A stretch of DNA of 62,615 bases, counting the filler, from Choristocarpus tenellus KU-1152 (taxonomy: Eukaryota; Protista; Phaeophyceae): NCBI GenBank assembly GCA_964200185.2. It is 7 parts of 7 records of this genome, joined end to end, with 100 filler letters (N's around TTAATTAATTAA, not from the genome) between each part and the next. Parts side by side here need not be neighbours in the genome. Positions count along the whole stretch, not along the records: positions 1 to 17,541 come from CAXNAD020000662.1; positions 17,642 to 21,761 come from CAXNAD020016115.1; positions 21,862 to 27,055 come from CAXNAD020011550.1; 4 more parts are not named here. One strand, given 5' to 3'. Below are positions 12,626 to 24,337 of the stretch, in pieces. Every line of letters starts with the position of its first letter. The first letter of the stretch is position 1. The position numbers were made by a program, and so were the translations under genes. Below the pieces are notes generated by a model. It was not told the DNA's origin, searched no databases, and saw only the letters and a list, made by a program, of their open reading frames with translations.

Positions 12626-15600
12626 GTCATACCATGGAATAACTATTATCACACCCCTTTCCAAGCTGGCACGTTATGGAAGTCCCAATAGGGTCCTAGG
12701 TGACATGACGTCTACATTGTGTCAGTGTCATGTTGGAGTGCCATAACTAAAATAAAAAATTAGTAAAAATATTTCCCTGTATAGTATTCTGTGTATCGTT
12801 GTTTAGTTCTCGCATTTCACTTTTCGGCGCCACCATTCCTGTGTTAAAAACATGTACAATTCTTGATGGTAGGACTCATCCTCTGTGAAACCGTTACAAC
12901 TGTACGGCAACTGTTACTTTGAAGGGATCATTGGAATATTGGTTTGGTTTTTACCCTCTCGGACTAACGATTATCCACAAGTGAAAGAGTCAACTCATAA
13001 ACGTTTGATTTGTGAGGATGTGCCCCAACATGGTTAAGCTCAGATCCATGACAGGAGAGCCCCTTGATTTGTTGGAAATTGAAATGTGCCACAGATCACA
13101 TTTGATTCATCCGATATGTATGGGCGTTTGTGAAAAGGCTTGCAAATGTTATGGACACAATGTATGTGTTACGTTGACTTGAGTGTTGCGGGAGATAAGT
13201 GTCCTGTGTAATCTTTCTTTGGAAATATAGTATCCTTTGAATTTTGAATAGAGTGTTATGGGATATAATACATCTGAGTCAACATGTTATCACAACTAAA
13301 AGCAGGGCACAATTAGACCACATTGGTAAGAGCTCTGTGGGATTTGTATCCTTAGCATTACGGACAAACACATGTCTACAGTATCGTTTGAACTTGAACG
13401 TTTTGGGACATGAAATCTGTTGTGGTTATGTGTAATTTGGAGAAGATTGTTCTGGGATGTAACAGATGTTGTTGTGGGCGTCTTCGACTCGAGGATTATG
13501 AGATATTTCATCTGATACATATGTATTGAAGTCTAGTGTTATAGGCCTTGTGTTGTAGGCGTAACATGGTGTTGAATGTCTATTGTCTAGGGTGTGAACA
13601 TTTGTAGGGAACCCCAAAGGTATCACTTAAAACCCAATGTCAACTCAGAGATTTCATGATCACCACATTTTCTGACCTTGGGGACTGGTGAATTGCTGGT
13701 GGCATGGTGGCAGCTGACGAATCAGCACTGTATATGAATATCCTTGACCAATGAGAAGTAGTAGTACGTAATAACTCGCTGCTTACAGTTTTATATTTGG
13801 TGCTCAACACTATCTTGAAGACACTTTTGGGGTCTCATTGAAGTGATGAGATAGCACGGACTATGGCCAAGATTGGGGTCAGGGGTATGAGCTGCGTTTA
13901 GGTAGTAAAACATGCCCCTACACACACAGGTTAGCGTTCCGGTGCCCTCCTTGTGAAACCTTTCGTTGGTATTGACACCATTTTGCTCATCCAATCAATG
14001 ATAATCCCTTTCTCACCCATTTCCTCACCTACAGGGGTGCCACTATGTCAAATGCGACCTATGACAATTCAGCCATCCCGTACCGAGTTGTCTGATTGCA
14101 AGTTCCAACGACTATCAACTCTCCAGAATTGGGTGATTCACATGATGAAGGTAACAAACAGATACACGGTTCAGTAGTTGAGTCCACCCACCCTCTTTTT
14201 ATTTTTTCCCGCGTGATTATAGTCCCCACAGAGTGCAGGAACTAATGCACAAGGACACTTCAACATCCTTGAGGTGCAATGTTTTCTCCCTTACCGTCCT
14301 ACTATTTCCCCCCAACCCCCTTCCAAACCGGAGTGATTTTCCTGCAATGGTTTCCCCCTTCTCTATTCCATGAGCTATGCACCACTTTGCGTCTACTGTG
14401 CGGTGGAACTGATTGCTGGATCCCTTTCCTCTTCAGCTTCAATCAATTTACTTGATATCAAAGCAGCGTTGAATACAGATTACGTTGGAATACACTGTGA
14501 AACATTTGTTGTCATTCCCCACACTTGTAGACAAACGCTCGTTACAACTAATACATACTTGCATATTACTGGTAGGTCAATTTGTGTATGATTTGGTAGA
14601 TCTGAAACCAAAGGCTGTTCGGGCTCTACATATCTTATTTTTGATAGTGTGAGGGATGCTGCACATGAGTGGTGTTGAGTATGAAAATATAAAAGATTTC
14701 TCAAGATGCGGTTTACATATCTCTTTACCGAAAATACAATATTTGGAGATAAAGTATGCCTGTTGTCATTGGTGCTAAGCGCTCCATGAGCGTTATTAAT
14801 TTAATGAAGTTCAACTTGTAGATTATCATTATACTTATTGTGAATTTGCGGAGCCATTGCATAGGGACAATTAAGGTTCTTGGATAATCGGATGGATAAT
14901 AATAGGATCACTCACTAATTATTAATCCTAAGCCAGACACTAGCCTCCTCTCTGCCACTAAGATTTTGAAGCTGGATGATCGTGCAGTTACGTGCACACA
15001 AGAGGAGGAAGTTGGTGGTGTGCACATGACAAGGCCGACAGATAATTCCTTTTGACGTATACATCATCGTGCAAGCTCAATGCCCTGTTTCACATGTATA
15101 GACCTATTAAAGGTGGCCTGTTGAAACAGCATTTGAATACCTTGAAAAATAATATATCGTCACAAACTGACCAAATTATCCAAAATTCTGTCCAAGTTTG
15201 TACCGAATAAACAAAGCCCTCATCTCTTGATGACTTCAGTGAATGTAGGCATGTACTGTTAAGTACTCAGTTTTCAGAGGGTTTGAAAAATCTCCACAGA
15301 CTCTAAAATTCTTGCTTGTACTACTACTCTTCTTCCTCAGTACCTGAGATCTCTTTTCGATTCTCAGTGCTATGGCGAAAGGATTTGTGATGGTGATAAT
15401 ATAGAAGCTTCATCAAAGAGCAACCCAAGAAATACATCCGAAAATCAACATCTCAAATACCCCTTCCTCCTACGAAACAGGATATAGAGAAGAACACTCT
15501 TCATCACCAGGGATTGCTACCCACCCCAAAGGTATTTCTGGAGTTCTGTCAATTCTGTACTTTTGTCCCCACACGCCCCCACCCTGTTTGCATGATAAAA

Positions 15601-15629
15601 AATGAAGAGCACACAGAAGCTGATCAGGT

Positions 15630-16440
15630 GGACGTGGCTCACTCACTACATGGAGTGGATAGGACTGTCTGTAGCTCCAAAAGAAAAAGAAGTGTTCTTT
15701 CCGGTATCCAACACAAAGCCAAAGGGTGGGGTGGCAGCATCAATAGGTCCAGCCCAATTACTTTGCTGGAGGTGGTGACTTGTCGCCTGGTGTGACACAA
15801 TATGAGGGCACACGGCAGCACTGTCATTATTTGGGCGCCAACGTTTGAGGTGATTCATTTCATTTCAATTCTGAGGTGGCAGCAGCGGATGCAGGAGGTT
15901 CCCTGCTGTCTTGTTGGGGCTCGCTTCCCCACACCTCAGGTGTCACTGAAGTCTGTTCCGTCAATTTTCACCCTCTGTGACAACACCCCCCCGCCCGATT
16001 ATCAAAGTTTTCGGATCAAGAGGACAGGGCAACTACTTAAGTGGGCGTGGATCACCCACCACATGGCGTTGATAGGACGGTCTGTAACCCCAAAACAAAA
16101 GACACCGGCCTTCCCTGTATCTAGCGCCATGGCAAGGGGTAGTGTGGCGGCATTCAACAGCCCTGCATGAGTTGGTTGTTTGCTGCCTGGTGTGACAGGA
16201 TGGGGAAAGAAAATACGGCACTGGTACTATTTGGGTACCAACGCTTGATGCGATAAATTTCATTTCAATATGAGGCAGTAGTAACAGATGGAGGAGGTTT
16301 GCTGCTGTCTCGCTGGGAGTCTCTACCTCACACCTTAGGTGTTGCTGGATTCTATTTCGTTAATTAATACTCTTTGTAACCAAACCGCCTTGCATCATGA
16401 TCAAATGTTTTCCACCAAGAGCACAGGGAAACTGCTTCGA
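15630..16440. repeat. Old tandem duplication, ~400-bp unit x2
   Basis: GCCTGGTGTGACA at 15785 and 16185; CATTTCAAT at 15861 and 16261; GATAGGAC..TCTGTA in both units. Confidence 0.75.
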
Positions 16441-16633
16441 AAGACAAAGATCACCCACCACATGACCTGGATAGGATGAAATGAAAGGGGGTTCGGGAGA
16501 GGGATGGAGGCAATAAGGATTGCATACAGCATGTCAAGGGGGATACGTTTGGCAGGAGAGGTATGGAAGAGTAGAAGGGGATCGAAGAGGAAGGAGAAGA
16601 AAGAAGGGGCATGTTGAAGGAGGTTAGAGCAGA

Positions 16634-16873
16634 GAGACAGAGAATCTTAGAGGGTAGAGTCGCGTCGAATGTTTCCATTTTGATGAAATTTTGGCTATCG
16701 TGTTTGTTAGGAAGTGTAAAATATATATCTTCCGGAAAAAGAATTCGTAACATACACACTTAATCTATTCGTATATATTTCGGAGTTGGAAAGGGTCATA
16801 AGCAAACAAATAGGCACCAAAGCCCACATGTACATAAAGGGAAAAACTCATACCCTCTAAGATACTCCAACCC
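16634..16873 (+). mobile_element. MITE family A copy (diverged), inserted in a purine-rich tract
   Basis: ATCTTAGAGGGTAGAG...TTTTGGCTATCGTGTTTGTTAGGAAGTG...TACCCTCTAAGATACT. Confidence 0.8.
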
Positions 16874-17541
16874 TTGAATTGGGATCGAAATTCAGCAGCA
16901 TGAAGGCGAAGTGAGAGAAGAGTTGCAATTAAATTCCCAATTAAAAATGTAGATTAAAGTGCGGCGTAAAGGACAGTCAGGTATGGCAGTAGAGGAAATG
17001 ATGATTGGATGCAGAATGAGAAGGAGGATGATTTTGGCAGGAGGGGTATGGGACATTAAGAGGATATGGAGAGATAGGAGCAGGAGGACGGAGCATGTTG
17101 AACGAGGTGAGATTTGACCTGTTTTTGAAATTCCGCGGCATGATATAAGGGAGGGCGGAGACGCGATTGAGTGAGCATGGAGGACATGAATGGCAGGTTT
17201 CAGTCGTGTAGAGTTTGAGATGGTGATAGAGGTGACAAGGAAGAGATGCAGCATGTGAAGGAGCATGAATATTGCAGGAGAGAATGTGGACCGTGGGAGG
17301 GGATCTTAGTAGTAGAAGGAGGAAGGCGAAGCATATTGTACGAGGTGGTGATGGAATGGAGAATGATCTCGGGCAGCATGAGTGATTGGAGGGAAGATTT
17401 GTGGTTTTGTTTGGGATGGATATGGAATATTGCAGTGTATGGTGAAGGAGGGTCTGGGATGGGGGAAGAGGCAATGAGGATGGGATAGAGAATGAGACGG
17501 AGGATGATTTTGGGAGGAGGGGTATGGGAACGTGAGAGGAA

Positions 17542-17641
17542 NNNNNNNNNNNNNNNNNNNNNNNNNNNNNNNNNNNNNNNNNNNNTTAATTAATTAANNN
17601 NNNNNNNNNNNNNNNNNNNNNNNNNNNNNNNNNNNNNNNNN
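17542..17641. other. Artificial contig linker (N44-TTAATTAATTAA-N44)
   Basis: Identical 100-bp spacer with stop codons in all six frames; recurs six times in the window. Confidence 0.97.
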
Positions 17642-19504
17642 GTGTAGATCTTTCTCGTACTTCCATAGAGCCCATCCCGGCCACGACAATACTTTCTGCA
17701 TATAGTTGTTGGTCCAGGGTAATGCCATCTTCACCCACAGTGATGCTCACACCAATCAGCTTGTCTGGCATACCTAGGTCTCGTCCTTCGTACCTTTCTA
17801 GTAGTGATGTCCTCATCCTTTGGATCTCTTCTGTGAAGTCTCCAGTGGTGGCAGTGTTGTCCACGTAGGTAGTGAGGATTGCAATGCGTCCGTCTTCACT
17901 CTTCTTGAAGTAGAGGCACTCGTCGTGTTGACTACTTGTCCATCCTTCTGCGAGAATAGTGCCCCTTAGTTCATGAAACCATACCATTGCTGACTACTTC
18001 AACCCATAGATTGCTTTCTCAGCTTTGACGATGCGGCCGTGCGGAAGCTCCAACCAGATGTCCTCCAGCAGATCTGCGTTGAGGTAGGCCTGTGTGAAAT
18101 CCAAGGCGTCTATGCTCCAACCTTTGTACGCTGCAACTGATATGATGCATCGTAGTGTGTCGTATCCCAGTACTGGGCTGAAGGTTTCAAAGAAATCTAC
18201 TCCTGCATTTTGGGTAAGCCCACGTGCCACGAGTCTTGCCTTATATCATTCCAGTGTCCAGTCTGCAGAGTACTTGATTTTAAATTAAGATTTAGTCTTG
18301 ACAGGATTTCTTCCACATGTCAAAACCTCTCCCTCTATGAATGTTCCTTTCATCCATTGTTGCTCCAGGATTTGCTCTGGGTACCTGGTCTAATTAATTC
18401 CTCCGCCTCTTTAGACGGTGTCGCTCTCCTTTGGCGACAAATGATCTGAAGATCTCCTTTACCTCCACAGTTGTAGTATATTCCTTCGAAGAATAAGGAC
18501 CAATATGCTTGATCAGACCACAGTTTAAACACCTTCTGTTGGACCTGATCTCGTCTCTGGTAGGTAATTCTGTTGTAATATGGTCCGTACATTGACCAGT
18601 TCTACCTTGACCGCCTCCTCCGCTGACCTTCTGTTTTCTCTTCCACGACTTTATGGTCCCAGCGGCTAGAGTGCTCCCAGGCTCCCCGAGGTTAACTCCT
18701 CCTTTCTTTCTGGTGGAGGCTTAGTTACTGATTGTACCATATCCCATTTGTGTCGAAGGTGCAGGTCCATTTTGTTGGGATGACGACGATAATATAATTG
18801 CCCGTTTCAGCTACCTGTAGCTTATAATATCGGGTCTTGTAATGAACTGTACGGGGATCTTGTCCTCCGCACGTCCTCTGTTGAGCTGCATTGAGGATCT
18901 CGTCCTCCGCGCGGACACATCTGCGCAAATACCTGCGGCATGCTGTCCCTGATGCCAATGATCAGAGCTTCTTTCTTGGCATGATCTTGGCTGCCTCCAG
19001 CTGCTCGTACTCTTGTCTAGATATGATCGAGACCAATGACGATATCTGCAGTGCCCTCCACTGACGAGCAGTACATGTCGCACAATTTCATCTCTGGAGC
19101 TATGAGCTGCATGAGCCGCTGAACAGTAGCGCGCCCCCCATAGATCTGCTCTAATTCGAGACAGGCTGCCCTCCTGTCGGAGCTGCCTCCTCTCGTACGT
19201 GTTGATCATACAAGATGACCACCATAACTGCAGCACCCCTCGTGGCTTGTCCCAGCAGGAACTACAAGGCTTCGCGATGCCTGACGTATTTATCGTGCGC
19301 ACAGCATTCCTCGAATGATGTATCAGCTGTGGGAGGTGCAGAAATGCGGTATGCTGGTTGTATGATGCAGTACTGTCTCTTGCCACCCGCATAGCTCACC
19401 AGCGCCATCCACCATTCTACCCACTTCTCCCTTGTATGCCCCCGCGCTCCACTCCATAGTGGCAGCATACGGGGTCCGCTTACATACCAATGAGGCTCAT
19501 AACC
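17642..19504 (-). mobile_element. Ty1/Copia LTR retrotransposon relic (PBS-gag-[deletion]-RT), truncated by contig end
   Basis: Copia RT motifs YKARLVARGLTQNAGVDFFETFSPV, LDFTQAYLNA, KAIYGLK*SAMVW, DECLY, TYVDN, RDLG (18250-17642); gag-like frame from 19468 with a degenerate zinc knuckle YNCGGKGD..IC ~18480; PBS at 19504-19491. Confidence 0.92.
19491..19504 (-). promoter_or_regulatory. Primer-binding site complementary to the anticodon arm of tRNA-iMet (half-tRNA priming)
   Basis: Minus strand reads ...TGCA-TA-GGTTATGAGCCTCA, i.e. LTR end CA, 2-nt spacer, then a GGTTATG(A/G)GCC motif like Drosophila copia; the gag ATG follows 22 nt later. Confidence 0.8.
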
Positions 19505-19598
19505 TATGCAAAAGAGAGCTACTCTGATAGAGTATTTTGCTTAATGTGGTACTGATTTGTTTATTAGCGGAGTGAGTACTATCCTCAAGGTGAGGGGT

Positions 19599-19738
19599 GG
19601 TGCTCTCCCTTGTTATCTAATTCATTCGTCATCAAATACGTCAGAAATATGTTTAAACATGTTTGTGACAGTTATACTACGTCAGTCACTTATAAGTTCA
19701 AGTTAAAGTACGTCAGTCGCTTATAAGTTCAAGTTACG
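19599..19738 (+). repeat. Dispersed repeat, inverted copy at ~48339-48462
   Basis: GTGCTCTCCCTTGTTATCTAAT...CGTCAGAAATATG...TGTTTGTGACAGTTA..CGTCAGTCA.TTATAAGTT matches the reverse complement of 48339-48462. Confidence 0.75.
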
Positions 19739-21761
19739 TTACTTCATTCACATTTATGCTATAGACCATATAGACTAGTAGTCTATATTGCACAAAGTTT
19801 ATAGCTGATGGGGAGCTTGTTGAAATGAGACCTAATCTCGCGCCGCGTGGTGCGCATGGGAACGCTCTGTCGGCATTTGAAGGCCGATAAAGAACACGGT
19901 GTTGTTGTCCCACTGTATTTTCGAACTCTGTTTTTGCTGTGTCAAATGCATCAGAATATATGTGATATAGATTTTGTAGATTCCAAACAGCCAACAAAAA
20001 ATTGTGTTCCTACTCCAACAAAACTCGATCCTCAAAAAATCAACACAATTATCATCTCTTAAAAAGGTCACGTTCAGATGAAAAGAGTTATTCCAGTTCT
20101 TCAAAATTCTTCGTCCATCAAATTCGTTCTTTTCTCCATATTCATGATGTCACAGAGTTTGGAAACCGTTCCAAAAATGGTTGGTCATCTAATGAGGCAT
20201 TGTGATGCGCTTATCAATAATGTCCAAGGTGAACTCCAAGAAGGTGAGAAATACTGAATATGAGGATAGTGACCAAGTAAGCGTATTCTTGTACTTGATT
20301 GACGGAAGTCCACTCGAAGAGTCGACCACTACTAGGAACTATATAGCAAGTCTCCCAGCACACACACGTACAAGACAAGAGCAACGGAAATGTTTTGATT
20401 ATGTTCTTGACTATGCCATGATAAAAGATTGATCGACTTGGTTGAACCTCTCGGAATCTCAAAATATAAATATTATTCAGAGGCAGGTGTCAGCAATGTG
20501 ACTGTCAACGCAAGCAACAGAAGGATTGGTGTCTTGCTTATGCTTCAATCAATATGGGGAGGTAGCAATAACGACAAGAGATGGTATCAGCACGAGAGCC
20601 ACCCATGAGTGTCATGGCATGACATGATAATACAGAAGTGCCCCTCTCACCATCAAGGCAGGTTACATTCTATGAGAGGGGAACAAGTAGGACTTGGGGT
20701 GTCAACATATCATCATTCCTATTATACCTCATGCTTGTTGTTCATTGGTGTGTTTGTTTGCACAAATTTGAGAACAAAAAATATAAATAAAAAAGTGCAA
20801 AAGATTGTCTTCTTTTTTGTTTTCTAAACCACACTTCCTATTATGCTGCCCCCTACTCGCTCCCCTCTTCACCATACCAATCCCTTTCGCTCCAGTACCC
20901 CTCTACCGCTACATCTCTCTTCTATGAACATGGTATTACTTCCCAACAACCTCCCCTGTCTGCACTCTGTACTTGAATTCATTTTTTGTGCGGGGATCGT
21001 CCAAATTGGACTTCTCTGATCTTTCACAACTGGGCCAATCAAGGACACCAGCATCCTACTGCCAGCCTGTGCCATGAGTGGATCCTACACACCCAACTCA
21101 AAAAGCTCTGCTGCCGATGATTGGAATCATTGAAGGGGGTGACAGGAAGATACCTCACTTACCCGCTATGATTTCAAAAACACTCCATTCCTCTTTATAA
21201 AATGAGCCTCTTGAAATTCTAACACGACACATTGGGAATTCTCCAATCCGCATATGCAAGGGGACATGTAATGTGGAATGAAAACAGTAAAACCCGAAAA
21301 GGAGCAAATAACTAAGCACAAATACCCCCCCTAGATACCATCAGTTCCCTTCCAAGTCAAGAATAGCGCACAATCATCTCTAGTCGAACACATGCACAAA
21401 ACCAGAGGTGAGACATGCATGCATACATTCACAGTCCTGATGGGGGAAAAGTAACCCTTTCAAGAGGAAACACCGAACTCATGTACAAAGCCTGGTCATG
21501 TACAGTGTGTCAACCCAAATCAAATCTCAACCCTTAGGTGTCCCTCCCCTCCTGCCCCTTCATTACAACCCATCACCCTTTTGACATTTTTTTACCGTAC
21601 ATGAATGAAGAACCTTACAAAAACACCTCACTCGCAGCTTTACAATATCTGCAACATACTTCAACTGCCCCGTGACAACAATCCCCTCCCCCCCCCCCTT
21701 ACTAGCCCCTCCCCACCTCTCACATACTCTCAACACTATCAAATTTACCCTCTCCATCCCC

Positions 21762-21861
21762 NNNNNNNNNNNNNNNNNNNNNNNNNNNNNNNNNNNNNNN
21801 NNNNNTTAATTAATTAANNNNNNNNNNNNNNNNNNNNNNNNNNNNNNNNNNNNNNNNNNNN
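21762..21861. other. Artificial contig linker
   Basis: N44-TTAATTAATTAA-N44. Confidence 0.97.
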
Positions 21862-21882
21862 CCCCCCCAGATACTTTGACTC
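21862..21882. mobile_element. MITE family B terminal fragment at contig edge
   Basis: CCCCCCCAGATACTTTGACTC matches the family B terminus. Confidence 0.6.
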
Positions 21883-22636
21883 TGGCATCACAACCATATA
21901 ATATAAAAAATTACCAACAAATGAACTTTGAATACAACTGAAAAATCGGAATTCCAAACATCTCTCTTCACACTCTCAGAATAACACTCCTACAAAATTT
22001 GGTCATTCCACTTCTCTCAACTCTTCACTTCAACAGACTTGAATGAACAGATATGCAGACTGGTCTCCACAGGTTGCTTCATTTGAGCCTACTACTGAAG
22101 CAAATAATTACCACAGGTGGACCATACTCTGTTCTAAATAAGGTTTCCGTAAGATAAATGAGCCTATATCAAGACACATACAGAAGCTGCTCAGGGGTAT
22201 ACACAAACACATATATATGTATAGATGTATAGATGAATATATATGATCCAGGCAGTCAAAGCAAGAGAAGAAAATATACAAAGCTCAGGGTAATTACAAC
22301 ATTACAAGAGGTGTGAGTTGAATAAGAGATGTGAGTTGAATAACACGAACCCTAGCCCATACATATTTTTAAAATATAGTGGTAATGATTCAGGCGACAA
22401 AGGAATTAATATAACATCAACTCAACTCTCTCAAGTCCAAGAAAAAGACAAAATATATTTGTTGCTCGCAGTTTTTGTCCTAAAATGTTAGCAAAACCAA
22501 TAAATTGCTCATACATATTTTCTTAATACATAATTTGTACCTTTTTAGGTGACACATTCAATTATTGAAACAATCAACCCACACATACTGAAAGCATAAG
22601 CGTGAAATATTCCTCTCTTATTCCCTTCAACCTTAC

Positions 22637-24337
22637 CTGGTTAGCACAAGTGGCAATCGCTAACCGATCGGCAGTCTTGTCATAGCCCAACCAGCCCCAA
22701 CCAGAGCCCTGCACTCCAACCGTGACAGCTGAAAGCTTTCCCTTTAGCTCATCCAGAGAACTATACTGAGCAGTAATCATATCCTGCAACTTTCCTGGCA
22801 CCATCTCTCCTCCACCCTTCCCAATCGGGGCCAGATTCTGAGCAGGCATTGAGAGGAGGAGAGTAAAGGGAGGGGGAGGGGGAGGGGAAGGAAAGGGGGA
22901 GTGCATACATTGTTGTACTTCAAAGTGCCATTTATTACAATTGAATTCACAAAAGTTCAGCATGATGGCGGCGTTGCATTACCCTAACAACCAAGTGGAA
23001 AATGGTGGAATAAGAGGGAAAGAAACACAAAAAAAGAGTAGAATCCTACTAAAAAAGAAATGCAGCTGTTGCACTGACTGCTAGCTAATATTGAGGGTGC
23101 TCTCATTGTGGAATAGGTTGATTTTCCTCTGTGTGGTGACATGGTCAAAGTGTCTCAAGCCTTCGATGTCCCTGCAAGATAGATGACTCTCCAGGATAAC
23201 TAAAAGTGAAGAGTGAGGAGGAAGGAGAGGTGAAGGCAAAGTGTATACTGCATGTTGAGAAAGTGCAACACATATGAGACAGCTGGAATAATACCTGAAG
23301 CATATTTATTACACACACACCTTGACATGAGGCGATGTTAGAGGCCATGCAAGCAATAAATACACAACTGCAAGTCATCACTTATTAATCTGAGAACAAG
23401 GAGATAAGAGGGAAGGGGAGGGCAGGGGTGAGGGAAGCTGCGTGACAAGCACGGCTGCTCTCTACCAGGAATGCACTCGATATCTCTCGATTGATCGACG
23501 TCAACAAATGGAGGGGGGATTTGATGAAGTCTGACAGAGTTTGATCCCTTCCCCGGCTAAGAACACACCTGCCAGAAAATGGAGTGGTTGAGATGACCTC
23601 CCCCGTTGAATTTTATGGCACCCTGCAACTGTATGATAGCTGTCACATCACCCTTGGCCTCTGCATCTCCCAGCTTTTCCATTGCCACATTTAGGTTGTT
23701 GACATATGTCTGCACCCCCAGATAGAGGTAAGAGAGGGGATGTAGAGTTAAGAGAGGGGACTATGTTACTATTAGTGTGTGTAGGAGGAGGATGGACACA
23801 GTAAAAGTTCTTCCTTCGTTATCAGACCTAGAGGTTGTAGGAATATTCTCGACGAAAGTGATGACATGGTAAATTCAGTCCTCATCAGTTGCAAAATTCG
23901 CAACTAAGCATTGCTATTTCTATCTTTATCCATGTCCGCAAGTGGACGTTCGTTTCTTCACCTTGACCCCACCTGATGATGTTTGGTGTGGTGAATCTTC
24001 ATGATCTCCCCGGTAATAGCTGGTTCGAGATCACCATAATCATAGGAAAGGTCAGGAAGAGTCACCGCAGAAACCCGGGCAGAGGCCGTCGAAGAGAAGC
24101 CACGAAGAGGACCCCTAGAGGTAGCAGATGCAAACCTTGAGCATGAAAGATGGAGGGAAAGAACGCAGCAAAGGGCTTAGCATTGTGAAAGGATGGGGTT
24201 AGGTACCCTAACGACGTGATGGCTAAAAATATACGCTACACACACCTGGAGATGCCCCATACGCTGGAACGTTATACCATTTTTATTTCAAGTTAACGGG
24301 CACAACATGACTTAGATTCGAAATACCTGCAGAGCAT
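22637..24337 (-). CDS. SOD2: Mitochondrial manganese superoxide dismutase, 3'-partial (4 exons seen)
   Basis: Exons 24337-24327, 24135-23973, 23709-23569, 22837-22637, all GT-AG and phase-compatible. Protein: [65 protein letters not shown]...[19 protein letters not shown]...[15 protein letters not shown]...ATCANQ. Has an R/S/A-rich transit peptide and Mn-type GGG and QGSGW signatures. The DVWEHAYY exon was not found before the linker. Confidence 0.95.

Noticed and set aside
17586-17597. TTAATTAATTAA as a biological palindrome or piggyBac site
   Set aside because: Always centred in identical N blocks; synthetic spacer.
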